Source of the DNA: Raja brachyura | Lineage: Eukaryota | Assembly (NCBI GenBank): GCA_963514005.1 | Contig: OY740811.1 | Location: 6,510,001 to 6,574,000, forward strand | Direction of reading: 5' to 3' | Length of the DNA: 64,000 nt | Shown here: positions 37,296 to 50,605 of the stretch, one piece after another | Layout of the letters: every line of letters begins with the position of its first letter | How positions within the stretch are numbered: position 1 is the stretch's first letter | Made by a program: the position numbers and the translations under genes | Notes under the pieces: model-generated | The model's input: the letters and a program-made list of their open reading frames with translations, nothing else | Told to the model about the DNA's origin: nothing | Database searches by the model: none

Positions 37296-37995
37296 CTCAG
37301 CAGGGCAGGTAGCATCCGTGGAAGCAAATAAATTGTTGAAGAAAATGAAGATCATGACTGCGAGTGGAGAGGGAAGATAGCTGGGGTCGAGAGGAGAGAA
37401 GGAGACTAGTGGGTGATTGGTGGACTGAGGAAGGGTGAGGAATGATGGTCAGATTGAGCCAGGTGGAGGAGGGGAGGGGATGGAGTAGGGAGACTGAGGC
37501 AAGTGAATGATTAGTGGAAGCAGCCAATGGAAAAAAGAAGGGGAGGGGACTTGGATACAGAGATGAGCCGGGCGAAGGGGAAGATTACGGGTGGTGGGGA
37601 CTGGAGGGGTATGGGAATGAGAACCAAAATAGGGAGGAACCATTGGTGGATCAGAAGGAGAAAAAAAAGAGATAGGGAGGGAGGGAGGGAATGAATAAAG
37701 GGAGTAAGGGGTACATGAAATGTTTTTTAAATCAATGTTTGTGTTCCCTCTCATCACCCTCCAGTCTCTGCCTCTGTCTCAACTGTATCTTCCCCTCCGG
37801 CCTGGCTCTTATCCATTCACCCCCAAGCCCCACACTCACTCCTCTTTGTATGGCCACCTTCCTTCTCCACTCACGCTTTGAAGCTGAATCATTGATAATT
37901 CATTTCCCTCTGCAAATATCGCCCAGCACACAGAGTTCCTCAAACAGTTTGTTTTTTTATCGCTCCAGAGTACAACATCTGCAGTCTCTTGTGTT
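37296..37995. mobile_element. Penelope-like terminal and purine-rich fragments in inverted arrangement
   Basis: AACTCAGCAGGGCAGGTAGCATC head, GA-rich body, and opposing ...GAGTTCCTC...CATCTGCAGT end. Confidence 0.55.
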
Positions 37996-40072
37996 CCCGG
38001 TGGTAGCTCGGGATACAATTTAGGTAGGTCCACTTCCACCTCGCTGCTTATCCATTTCCTCCTTGGATGTCCCACTCCTGATTTTAAATTCCTCAAACAG
38101 TGAGCTAGAAGCGATTGAGAACCAAGCTAACGTCTGTAGCACAAGATATGAATCCTCCCTAATTTCTGCGATTCTCTGATCAAGATAAATCTTTGGGGAT
38201 GTGTGAAGTAGTTGGCTTTAAATGAAATACAGATTCAGTTCAGCAATTACAACCTACAAGTATAGGAATCGTGTTTGGAGAAATATCACTTGGGTAGCCA
38301 AGGAGTACTGTACAGTATATATATTTTCCTCTGGCTATGTATTTTTTCAAAGCTTCCGAATCAGATGGACTACAGATGGGTCATTCTGCAGAGTGTACGA
38401 ATCAGAAATTCTCCAAACACATTAATTGAAAACAAAAAAAGGTATGGGATATATGATGCCTTCTCCAAGAGAAAGGCAATATAAATACTGATTCTTGGTA
38501 TCTGTGCTACAATGCAGCTCTAACCAAATCAATCCTGGAATTTAAGATGAAATTAGATTTGAAGAATATTTAGGATAGGAATAAGAGTATAATGCAAATG
38601 AAAGTGGCTGCCGTGTGGAATGCCCCTGGCAATATCACCAGGGGTTGAGTAGCTTCCATTTATGCTGACATTTTTATGTTGCTATGATTGAAAATAAAAA
38701 TGGTGAAAGCTTGTGTTCACTGTACAGAATCCAGGTTATTTTACATATTTGCGTACATTTTTTTCTGCGCATAAGGCGGGGGTCAGGGGCTTGCTGCATC
38801 AGATGCACAGGGAAACTAAGCTCCTGGTAATAAAAATAAACCCGTATTCCCGGTGACAAGCAGTCAGTTACAGTTAATTGTGGAGAAAGGGATGACACGC
38901 TCTGTGAATTCTTTGATGTGCAATATGTTATTTTTGCTCCAAAAATCGACACCTGAATGATTTGAAATCCCTTTCTCTGGGCAAGTGTATAAAACAAGAT
39001 TCCCCGCTGTGAGAAAAATAAATACTTGAGACAGTGAGAGCATTGAGGAGCAGGGCTGCCTCCGATTACATGATCCCTGGCAACTGTTGGCAGCAGATAT
39101 ATGAGGTAATTCCTGGATATATATATAATAATGATGCACAATGTTACTTGGTCATATACAGTAGCACTATTGATTTGTTTTTTTGTGGTGAAGGAGATTG
39201 GAACCGACTTTTATTTTTCCTGATGTCCTTTCAAACTATGCCACCTTCTCTGCGTACATTCCACAGGAACTGTTTCGAACTTTTCGGATTCACTTATCAA
39301 AACGAAGGACAAATAGATTAGTTTCCAGTCAAGACACTGATTGCCAGCATTGACCACTTCCATCTCAGGTCCACTATAGCCCGAAGTGAGTAAAATATCC
39401 TCGTACCACAAGTATATAAGATCGTGTTACTATGCAGGGATTGATGGTCAGAAACAGGCCCTTCGGCCCACCGAGTCCGCGGGTGCGGACTCGGTGGGCC
39501 AAAGGGCCTGTTTCTGTGCAGTATCTCTGAACTAAACTAAATTGAACCAGAGCAGAACAACCCTAAAAAAATATGCATATCTTTTCCTTTTCCACCCTTG
39601 TCTCCCATATGAGAAACGGGTCAATGCTCTACGACACATTTCAGATTAATTCTGGTGTCAGTGCCGCCTCCTGCTCGATTAGGCCTGTTCTGAACCCGTG
39701 TCCTCTTTTTGTACCTAATCATCTGTGTATTTTCAACTCTTAACATTTTGGGGATTTCACCGTTTTCAGCCTCTATTTTTTATGCTGACAGTCACCCATT
39801 GCTCTTTATTAGTTCACGAGATGTGAATGGGGATGGCGCTGCCAACATTTACTTCCATCCCATTTACTGCAGAACTAATAATAAGGTTAAGAGTCCTCTG
39901 CATTAATGGGTCTGGAGTTACATCAAAGCTAGACTGGATACGACGGGCAGATTTCTTTCCATGAAGAATATCAGTACACCAGATAGATTTACGGTTCAAT
40001 GGTTCTTTATTATCATGTGTACATACTTACAGAGAAATTATTTTTTTGCATATAGTTCTGTAAAGTATTGGG

Positions 40073-40710
40073 GTCAAATCAAGTCAATTTTATTTCTACA
40101 GCACATTTAAAAACAACTCTCGTTGACCAAAGTGCTTTACATCAGTGCAGGTACTAACGTGCTACATACAGTGGTACATAGATCTAACAATACATACATA
40201 AATACATACATACAGACAGAGCTCCCTCAGAGGACCTCAAGAAATGCTTGTGAGAAGAAATAGGATTTAAGTCTAGACTTAAAGGAGTCGATGGAGTTCT
40301 GATTGGAATCGGGATGCTGCTCCACAGTCTAGGTGCTGCAACCGCAAAAGCGCGGTCGCCCCTGAGCTTAAACCTGGACCGTGGGATAGTCAGTAGCACC
40401 AAGGAGGAGCTTGAAATTGATTCTGTACTGTACTGGGAGCCAGTGGAGAGAGGCCAGAATCGGGGTGATGTGGTCCCTTTTACGGGTACCCGTCAGAAAT
40501 CTCGCTGCGGCGTTTTGGACCAATTGCAGACGGGTCAGGGATAAATTGGCTGATGCCAGTGTATAGGGAGTAGCAGTAATCAAGGCGGGAGGAAATAAAT
40601 ACGTAGATGATCTTGTCATGGTTGCTGAATTGGAGGAATGGTTTGATTTTAGCTATTGTGCGACGTTGGAAAAAGTTAGTTTTTAACCACAGCATTGACT
40701 GGTTTGTCAA
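40073..40710 (-). mobile_element. L2-clade LINE 3' fragment
   Basis: FISSRLDYCYSLY, LQLVQNAAAR, DHITPILASLHWLPV, RGDRAFAVAAPRLW, and the GTAAAGCACTTTG...AATAAA tail. Confidence 0.9.
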
Positions 40711-40899
40711 ACTTCAATGCGGATTGAAGGGGTGGAAGATTGCAACCTTCACATGGTCCACCCTGTTTTGACTAATGCAATCAACCCAATGTGCACAAAC
40801 AAAGATGCAGTTTTTCATGCCACTTGATCTGCAACTTTAGGCTGTGCACGCCATACGCATGAAGAAGAACAAGTATTGCCATAACTGAGCACAATCCAG

Positions 40900-41335
40900 A
40901 AAATACAAAGAGCATACAAATAGTCCACTGCAAGCAAGAGTCACCAGGTTTTGGTGCCATTTTCAAAGTCCAGTCAGTCTCCTGGTGTGGCGCCCCATCC
41001 TGGTGAGACCCAGGCTGCTGCAGGGCCTCCAGCGGTCACCTCTATCCGGATCGTCCAGTGAACCACCATCCCTCTCCTCACCTTCAGCCTTTGTGCCCTG
41101 GGGGATGTTCCCACAGGTGATCGTGTGGGCGCGGAAGGCAAGACCCTGGTTCACCCTCTTACCTGCCCTTGCTCTTGTTTCCACCATCGCCGGCTCCCTC
41201 CATCCTCCTCTCAGGTCCGCTTGTCTTCTGGGCCTCAGGGGATGACCTGGGAATGGACTCGGTGGCTCCCTCTACAGGGCTTGCCGTCTCCAGCCATTCA
41301 TTTCCAAGCTCATCCAGTTGTTCCATGGATCCTAT
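40900..41335 (-). mobile_element. Unclassified interspersed repeat, homologous to 51515-52105 in opposite orientation
   Basis: Shared segments CCCAGGCTGCTGCAGGGCCTCCAGC and GAGTCACCAGGTTTTGG..C.ATTTTCAAAGTCCA. Confidence 0.7.
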
Positions 41336-41360
41336 TACTGTCATCAGAATTCCAGATTTT

Positions 41361-41985
41361 AACATAGAAACATAGTAATTAGGTGCAGGAGTAGGCCATT
41401 CGGCCCTTCGAGCCTGCACCGCCATTCAATATGATCATGGCTGATCATCCAACTCAGTATCCCGTACCTGCCTTCTCTACATACCCTCTGATCCCCTTAG
41501 CCACAAGGGCCACATCTAACTCCCTCTTAAATATAGCCAATGAACTGGCCTCAACTACCCTCTGTGGCAGTGAGTTCCAGAGACCCACCACTCTGTATGA
41601 AAAAAGTCCTTCTCATCTCAGTCCTAAAGGATTTCCCCCTTATCCTTAGACTGTGACCCCTTGTCCTGGACTTCCCCAACATCGGGAACAATCTTCCTGC
41701 ATCTAGCCTGTCCAACCCCTTAAGAATTGTGTAAGTTTCTATAAGATCCCCTCTCAATCTCCTAAATTCCAGAGAGTATAAACCGAGTCTGTGCAGTCTT
41801 TGTTCATAAGACAGTCCTGACATCCCAGGAATCAGTCTGGTGAACCTTCTCTGCACTCCCTCTATGGCAATAATGTCCTTCCTCAGATTTGGAGACCAGA
41901 ACTGTACGCAATACTCCAGGTGTGGTCTCACCAAGACCCTATACAACTGAAGTAGAACCTCCCTGCTCCTATACTCAAATCCTTT
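41361..41985 (-). mobile_element. CR1 LINE 3' fragment
   Basis: ORF 41551-42003 (LVRPHLEYCVQFWSP...RRLRGDLIETY) and a (CTATGTTT)n tail. Confidence 0.92.
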
Positions 41986-43113
41986 TGATCCTTGAATGTC
42001 CATACCTCAGGTTGCCTTAATGGAATATCCCTGGATCAGTGGTCCAAGGATGCATACAGATATGACTCAGAAATAAACTTATTAGAACAAAATGCATAAG
42101 AACTGATATGTGCATCAGTAACAATCAAGACATTGGTACTGATGTCAAGAGGGAGAAAGCGCAACTGTTGGCACAATGTAATATCATAGAAAATGTACAA
42201 CAATAGACACAAGCTCAAATGCAGACACCCATTTCATCTTCACTTCACTGCATTTAAAGTAACTACCACACAGTCAACCATTTGTGACACCTATACGGTG
42301 ATTCCCCTATGGTTATGCACATACAGATACCGATACGGGAATGCCTATACGGTGATATTTATAGGGTGATATCTATATGGTATTTAGTAAATTCCGTGCA
42401 GACTGACTCTTCTCCAGAGTGATAATGACGTGTAGCCTGTTTCTGAAATATTTGAGTGTGGTCATGACTTAGGTTTGAGCATTCTACACTTCATCGATCA
42501 GTGTCTTCACTTGGGTCTTGATTCTGCTCTGTACACATCCGCCTTTGTGCTTGATCAGCCAGCTGTGAGTCTATGTGGATGATTCAACAGAGTAGTGTGA
42601 GTGGAGCGCCACAGAAAGAAGACACCAGCAATTTGGGACTCATATAACTGGAGAAGCATCTTTCTACGGCAGTATTTCTTAAACTGATGAATGACAAGAG
42701 CGAATGAAATTACTTCGGGGTGAATGAAACTAGAGGGGTGAATGAAGGGTGAATGACAATTTATTAAGGTATTTATATATATTTTTTCTATACTTAAAAA
42801 AAGGCATTGCCAGTAAAGTGCCATTAGTAAGCTCGTATTGGTTTTAATGTCAGCGGAGCTGGAAATCTGATCTGTTTTTTTCCTCTACCTATGGTTTTCT
42901 AATTTCAAAGTAGCAGGATATTTCCCAAATTTACTGTAATATAACCTTTTAGGGAAGACCAGATGAGCTAGTGGGAACATAAATTTATAAATGGCAACAC
43001 TGGAGGATCGCCGTAGGCAACTGTTGAACTGTAACTTGACTTTGTGTAGCAATTTTTTATAGATATTTTTGTAGATATTTGGTGGTATTGTCAGCTTTCG
43101 TTGGGGAGATCTA

Positions 43114-43694
43114 AGGGCCTGTCCCACTGCGGCGACCTAATTGGCGAGTTTAGAAGAGTTTGCCCTCGACTCATACTTGCAGCATGGTCGACACAAGGTC
43201 CTAGGAGGTCTTTTTTTACTCTCCTTCATACTCGAGAGTAGTCCCCGCATACTCGAGGCCTCAGCTAGGCCGCGGCATATTTTTCAACATGCTGAAAAAT
43301 GCCCGCGAGTAAAAAAAGGTCGCCATGGAAAAAATTGATATTTTTTTTACTCGTAGGTTTAGTCGAAGTAGGTCGTAGTAGGTCGGCATGTTAGTCGTAG
43401 TTAATCGAGGGTAGTTGAAGGTAATCAAATTCATAGATAGTCTTCAACATAGTCGAAGGGAGGGCGAAGGAGATCGAAGGAGGTCGTCTTCACTCTCCAC
43501 AATTCGGTGTCCAATTTTCCCGAAGGTAGTTGAAGGTAGTCGAAGCCAGTCTTCAACATAGTCAAAGGAGGTCTTCTACATAGTCGAAGGAGGTCTTCTA
43601 CATAGTCAAAGGAGGTCTTCAACATGACACTTTTTCAAACTCTCCTAAACTCTTCTAAACTCTCCAATTAGGTTGCCGCAGTGGGACAGCCCCT
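43114..43694. mobile_element. PIF/Harbinger-type MITE with internal ~22-bp tandem repeats
   Basis: TIRs AGGGCCTGTCCCACTGCGGCGACCTAATTGGCGAGTTTAGAAGAGTTT / AAACTCTTCTAAACTCTCCAATTAGGTTGCCGCAGTGGGACAGCCCCT. Flanks CTA and TTA. (GGAGGTCTTCWACATAGTCRAA)n inside. Confidence 0.85.
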
Positions 43695-44460
43695 TTATAG
43701 AAAGTTATATTAGTAGGATACTAATATATTAAATCACATACTCCATGGTTTTTTGAGCTAGTTTTCCAAGAAAAAAAACTGCAGTAATCAAAGCCTGAAA
43801 GGGTAGGATGGGGCTGAAGCCCAGTGTTTAAACGTTGAAATGTTTTTTTATCATTCTAACAAAATGATTTTCTAACTCTAGTGGTATTAAAACTTTTTTT
43901 CATTCCTAGTTTTTTTAACATATTTTTAGGATGTTCAAAAAGTTGAATGAAATAAACACTTAAATTAGTTAATTTATGTTTTTTGCTCATGTGACAAAAT
44001 AAACTATATATAAAATTATACACAAGGGAGAATAAAATGAAAATTACCAAAAAACATAAGAAAATGTAGTCGTTGGTGAATTAAATTTTGTGTTCAAGAC
44101 TCAAGCGTGAATGACACTGAAATAGTTCAAGAAGCACTGTTGTATGCGATGGAATCTTTTCCAATTAATGAATAATCAGGAGTGGGTTGATGTTATTAAA
44201 CATAACTGCAGTCAATTATCCCACAGCTGCAGAAATCTAGTAGAGCAAATGTCACCCAGGACTAAATTGATGTTCATAACAACCCTGGCAAACAAGGCAT
44301 CTCTTACCGGCCATATCCGATAGGACTGTCTGAGAAATCCCGGAAATATTCTCAAACCATTGAGATGGGCGGCTATGATTATTTTGACCAATATCAATAG
44401 AGGAAGTAAATTTGATCCAGCAGGTGATAGGATATACTTGTGGAATCCACCAAGACTGGT

Positions 44461-44640
44461 TACATAGAAACATAGAAACATAGAAAATAGGTGCAGCAGG
44501 AGGCCATTCGGCCCTTCGAGCCAGCAACGCCATTTATTGCAATCATGGCTGATCGTCCCCTATCAGTAACCCGTGCTTGCCTTCCCCCCATATCCCTTGA
44601 TTCTACAGCCCCTAGAGCGCTATCTAACTCTCTCTTAAAG
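44461..44640 (-). mobile_element. CR1 3' end
   Basis: (ACATAGAA)n tail plus GGCCATTCGGCCCTTCGAG. Confidence 0.85.
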
Positions 44641-44924
44641 TTACTTCCGGGTTTGATAGTTATCCGACTTCTTCAGCACTGCTTTTTGGACATCGGTGAG
44701 TCTGAGCCTTGAACATTGCAAGGAACTCCCCTGTCACCTTCTGCTCTCCCTGGTTCAACTGCAGCTGATGCAGCACCAGCCTTAAGCTTTTCCCGAGTCT
44801 GTGGTGGTTGCCTCACCTGCTTATTTTCCATTTTTCTCAGAGGCTTGCTAACTGAATAAAGAAGTATATTTGAAAATGAAGTAATTGAGAACGTTCAAGA
44901 CTACTCCTGGAATCATAGAATCTT

Positions 44925-45635
44925 AACACAATACAATACCGTTTATTGTCATTTGAACCTCATTGAGGTTCAAATGAAATTTAGTTTCTGCAGTCATACA
45001 AGAAAAGAACCAAGACACAACACAATTTACACAAACATCCATCACAGTGAATCTCCTCCTCACTGTGATGGAAGGCAAAGTCTTATCTCTCCCATGCACT
45101 CCTCATTCTCCTCCCGATGTCAAAGTCAAAGCCCCTGGTGGGCGATGGTAAATAGGCTGTGCCGGGTGATGCAAGGCCGCACTCCGGATCTTGATGTTAA
45201 AGCTGCGCCGGGTGATGTAAGGCCCGGCTCCAGGTCATTTTCAACCCCACAACTCGGGCGGGAGAAGTTGCCGCCGCGGGAGCTCCGAAAAGCGGTCTCC
45301 CACCAGGGACCCGCGAGCTCCCGCTGTCACCATCCACTGGCCTGCAGCTGGAGCCTCCGAAGCTCCGGGGTCGGGCCGCAGCCGTGCGCCACCACAGCTC
45401 CTCCCGTTCCAAACTCGGCCAGCTCCACGATGGTGAGCAGTCCGCAGCTCCGCGACTGGAGCCCCAGGTCCGGTTGGAGGTCGCTCCACGGTGCTAGGCC
45501 CCAATGACAACGGAGACCCGACAGAAAAAAGGTCGGGTCCTCCGTACATGGAAAAGATTTTAAAAGTTTCCCCACCCCGCCCCGGCCCCCCACCCACCAC
45601 CCTCCCACACATACCCAGCTAAAAACAACAAAGGA
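44925..45635 (-). mobile_element. GC-rich non-autonomous LINE-tailed retroelement
   Basis: GACAATAAA-(TATTG)n tail on the minus strand. GC-rich core with GGAGCT repeats resembling 3181-4015 and 55255-55915. Confidence 0.65.
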
Positions 45636-48600
45636 GACCTCTGCTGCTCCTTGCAAAGCAATCTCTGCTCACTTTCCCTCTAGCTCTGCCTTCTCAAGTA
45701 CCCATCCAGATCCCTGGAGAGATGTTTAACTTTTTTCTCGAGCAGCCCTGCAGGCAGTGAATTTCAGATCATAACCACTCATTCTCTGAAAAGGTTCTCC
45801 TCACATCCTCAACAATTTTTCATCCGCTAAAGGGACAGCATCTCACTACCCTGATTACACCTGGTGAATCTTCCATAAACTTGACAAACTATCTTCTTCT
45901 CCCAATCGCCCCTCTCCAATGTGACTTATCTAGTCTAAACTTTACAGCTCAAAGCTTTCACGCCTGGAATCTGATCAGAATTTATTTTTTCTGCTCCTTT
46001 CTGAGACCATCACATCCTTTTGGAATGGAATTGGATGCAATGCTCCAATTATGGTCTAGCCTGAGGTTTCTAAAGATTCAACATAAATTTAGTTTGGTAA
46101 TTTAAGTCTCTAGTTATGATGTCCAGACTTCCATACAGTCCCACCGCAGACCCTGCCATTTTCAAGGATTAATTTGTCTTGCCTTTTTTATCCGCCAAAA
46201 TTTGTCAATCCTCACGTTGCTTTAGATTTTCCTTGTTGCTTATCTGTCTATTCAACCACCTGATAATCTATTATCGTCTTCACCATATCTACAAGACTAT
46301 GCATCCCAGCCCTTTCCCTGGAGAATACATGCACTATAATCCCCCAGGCTGCAAAACAGATGTTTATTACAACTCTGCTTTCTGTCTTTAAGCCAATTTC
46401 ATATCCATGCTGCCAATGATTCTTTCTTTCTGTGAATTTCAATGGTGCTAACCAGCACTTGATGCCATACTTACCAAACACCTGTAAACCCATGTAGGCA
46501 ATATCTATCACTTTCCCTTCAGCAATCTTGCCCGTTAGCTCAGTCAGGCAATGCTCAAACTATCCTCCTCTTAAATTTTGTACGGGAACAACCAACACAA
46601 CTCCTATGATGAATTCCAGTCACAGCTGTGAGACTGCAGTATTTACAGTGGGATTAGACTGCCTGCTCCCCAGCTTCCAGTTAATCCCTCTCCGCTCATG
46701 ACAGATCATCAGGAGCAAGTTTCAGAGGTTTCAGGAAACCAATGTGCCTCTGGGATTGTAGTCAAGAGCCGCAACTAAAGTCATTCTTAATGAATAGTTA
46801 ACACAAGAATAACAAAACTATCTGTAAGGTATGGTGTTGGGGAATATGGGTGGCAGCGATGATGTTATGCACTATATGCCCAGATTAATCCGAAAATAGT
46901 TGTCTGATTATTTTGGCAGATTTGAACCTTACTTGTTACGAAACCACCCAGTCTGACAGGTTAAAGTCCACCACACATCCCAGAGACAGAGATACATATT
47001 AGTGCAAATGCAGAGCCTTTCAGTTCCTGCATCTGCCACAGGATGTATCTGTTGAGTGGAATCACCATGGGCTGCTTTTCATCCAAACCACATGCATAGA
47101 GCCCACACCACTCATTCATGTTTCATTTCATCCCATGCAGTTTTTCTTTGACACAAAGAGCAGAATAATTCAGGCTGCTGTCTATCCATCTGTAAGTGTC
47201 TTTATTCTATTTGGCAACCAGAAGAGCTTGAACGTATTTGCAATATGATGAGATTGAAAACTCGTGTATTTATGAAATTTTCAGCCTTTCTCATACATTC
47301 AGCCAAGCAGAGCTGTCATTCCAAACTTTCATGATTTGTCTACAAGCCTTTTACATTCGCATCGTACAGTGTAACAAAGTGGCAAGACCCATTAAAAATA
47401 CATTAATTACTTTGTTTTCCGTGTCTTGTTTGTTCTTTGCAGGCTTTCTTGCAATCTGGGTTTTCTCTTCGATTGGATAAAAATTCGCATTTTTTTGTTG
47501 TTTTAAAATTCATGCATAAAAAAGGCTGTAAAACATGCAAAGTTCATTTATTATTTACTTTACATTTCCTTAATAACATGCATTTTGTCCTGTTTTTATA
47601 CTTTCTACACATGCTGGTTCCATTAGTTGCCTCTTCAATGATTAAGTAGTGCTCTTGTATATAAATTACCTCAAGAAACTTCGCCCTGTCAACCTGTCTT
47701 CTTCATCTTCGGCAGTGGCTTGGGATGGAGGATAACTTGTTTGCAAAGGAGCTGAACTCCAAAAGTGGGCCTTGTGCCCAAAGATTGTTTGGTCTTCCAT
47801 AGTTTTATTTTTTTGGTGCAATTTATTTTTGTAGGGCATTTTCCAGCGATAAAAATCACCTGTTGCTTATGAAACCACCTACGAGTCTGGTTTGCAGACT
47901 ATCTTCCACCATGAACTCATCAAAGGCTCCAACATGAACAAGTTAGCGTTTCTTTCTCTTCCCTTCAGCCTGTGATTTTCCACAGCTTGGCAGAAAAACC
48001 CCGATATACTTTTTATTACTTGATCACACAAAGATATTTTCAAGCAATAAAATTGATTTAAATTTATTACTTTTTTGATTCCTAACGGTTCACCATTTGC
48101 TTTACATTATTTGGGTCAGTGACATTTTTGAGAAGCAATAGGGAAATTACAAGATAAATCAAGTGACATTGATAAAGTTGTGCCACATTTTGGGATTTTT
48201 AATAACCCTTGTTTAAATTTCATTACATTCCAGTTAGCATCATCAAGCACGCTGTAACTTGATGGATCATGATTGGAGACTGAGGAAAACTATCAATATT
48301 CCACAAAGCCCATCCTTAGAAGACAGCCATCTGCAGGACTACTGCAAACATATTGCATTTATAACTTCGATATTTAAAAGGCTGTGAAGTTACATTGTTT
48401 CAGAACCTGAAAAATAATGAGAATGTGTAAAATATCAGTGAAATTAATAAATGGGCTGGATTTGGTTTGTCATCGACCTATCCTACCCTGACATGCACCT
48501 TTTGTGCAGGATTTTCAGAGCTGGAACCCATATCCGGGACTTGTCCAATAAGACAATAAGAAGGCTGCAGCTCGAAGAAGGCAGTAACGTTCTCGGAGAT

Positions 48601-49059
48601 TCATCAGGCCTCAGCGAAAGTGTTCAGCAAAATGGTTGGTCTCGCCAATATAAAGGAAGGTACATTGGGAACACAAGGTGCATTAAGTGAGATTAGAGGA
48701 GGTATACATGAGCCTCCTGATTAGTACGTGTGTCAGAGGTTATGGGAAGAAGGCAGGGAACTGGGGTTGGAGTAACTTAAATGTGCCGAATGGCTTAATT
48801 CTATTCCCATCACTTATGACCTTATGACATCTGTCTCAACTGGAAGGGCTGCTGGGATCCCTGGATGGAGGTGAGGGAGGAGGTATAGAGTCAGGTGTTG
48901 TGATTGCAGGAGAAGGTATGCTGGATCTCCTGATGGCTAACCATTTTAACCCCCCTCCCCATTTTCGTACAAAGCTTTCTGTGTGGTGTTCCTCCAGTTT
49001 GCAAAATGAGGCTATACACAAACTTGAGGGACAGCAACAATTCTTCTAAGTTTGGAAAT

Positions 49060-50605
49060 TAATGCAGATAAATGTGAGGTGTTGCAATTTGGGAAGTCTA
49101 ACATGGGCAGGACCTACACAGTGAATGTAGTCCGGGTAGTGTTGTCGAACAGAGGAATCTAGCACTGCGGCAGGCACGTGCCATGAGTAATCAGCCAGGG
49201 TAGGCAGTGGTTTTTAAAAATCTTGAAAACCGCGCATGCACAGATTATTCTCTCCCCGGTGAGCTGCCAGTCGACTTTTTTTTAAATCTTGTAACCGCGC
49301 ATGCGCACATTGTTCCCTCCCCGGTGTACTGTCACTCAGCTATTTTTAAATCGTGGAAACCGCGCATGCGCAGATTGTTCTCTTGACTTTTATCATGTAA
49401 TTTGTTTTCAATAGGTCCTATCCCTTAATAAAGTATTTAAAAACATATAGCTCCAAAAAATTTACTTATCATATTATTTGTGCACAAAATCCATTCTTCG
49501 CTCTTTGTTTGCAACAAAAATATCCATAAGGTTGCTTCGTGAAACTCTTCAGGTAATCACTATCCACCCTTGAAAATCCCGCTAAGAAACTTGCGCATGC
49601 GCAGTAGGCTGGTGCGCATGCGCAGTGCGCAACGCAGCACATGCGCTGGTCCACAGTGTAAAGGCAGAGTTTCAGCTGCCTTTACGGACCATTCCCACTG
49701 ATGGCTTGAAGCAGCGTTGACGGCACGTGAGTAGCACATACTTCTGCGTTTAAAAGATTGATCTCTTAGGGAGGCATAATTCTCCCGTGCCGTTAGTATT
49801 TATGACCATTTTATGTATGTTTTATAAATATGATATTTATATATAAAGTAATTACTATTTTATAATTTTAGTCAGGGTAGGCACTGCCTACGTTGCCTAC
49901 CCTGACGGCACGTGCCTGGAGTGCAGGTGCATGGCTCTGTGAAAGGTGGAGTCGCAGGTAGATTGGGTGGTCAAAAAGGCTTTTGTACATTGACCTTTAT
50001 CAGGCAGAGCATGGAGGATAGAGGTTGGGAGGTCATGTTGCAGTTGTATCAAGTGAGGCTGCATTGAGAGTATTGCGTTCAGTTCTGTGCACCATGTTAT
50101 AGGAAAGATGTTGTGAAGCTGGAAAGGGTGCATAGAAGATTTACGAGGACGTTGCCAGAACTAAAGGGTCTGCGCTATAGGCAGAGGTTGAGTATGTTGG
50201 GATCTATTCCTTGGAGCACAGGAGGACAAAGGGTGATCTTATAAAGGTGTACAAGATCATACGAGGAATAAATCAGGTAGATATATCGAGTATCTTGCCC
50301 AAAGTAGGTGAATCGAGAAGCAGAGGGCATAGGTTTACGAGGAAGGGGAAAAGATTTAATAGGAATCTGAGGGGTAATATTTTCACACAAAGGGTGGTGG
50401 ATGTATAGAACAAGTTGCCAGAGGAGGTAGTTGAGGCTGGGACTTCCCAACATTTAAGAAACAGTTAGACTGGTACGTGGATAGGACAGGTTTGGAGGGA
50501 TATGGACCAAATGCAGGCAGGTGGGACTAGTGTAGCTGGGACATGTTGGCCGGTGTGGGCAAGTTGGGCCGAAGGGCCTGTTTCCACACTGTATCCCTCC
50601 ATGAT
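49060..50605 (+). mobile_element. CR1 LINE 3' fragment interrupted by a hAT-like MITE
   Basis: NADKCEVLQFG...EQR|DLGVQVH continues after 49918, then GDLIKVYKI, NIFTQRVV and the CR1 3' UTR. Confidence 0.85.
49171..49918. mobile_element. hAT-like non-autonomous DNA transposon
   Basis: Perfect 12-bp TIR CAGGCACGTGCC / GGCACGTGCCTG, subterminal CAGGGTAGGCA repeats, and degenerate 8-bp flanks CACTGCGG / GAGTGCAG. Confidence 0.8.

Noticed and set aside
39905-39995. Ancient Deu-domain-type SINE fragment
   Set aside because: Resemblance (GGTCTGGAGT.ACAT...GGCAGATTTC.TTCC.TGAAG) is short and from memory only, so it is not supportable without a Dfam search.
43430-43625. CRISPR-like or coding repeat array
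   Set aside because: Tandem ~22-bp units without unique spacers, inside a eukaryotic MITE.
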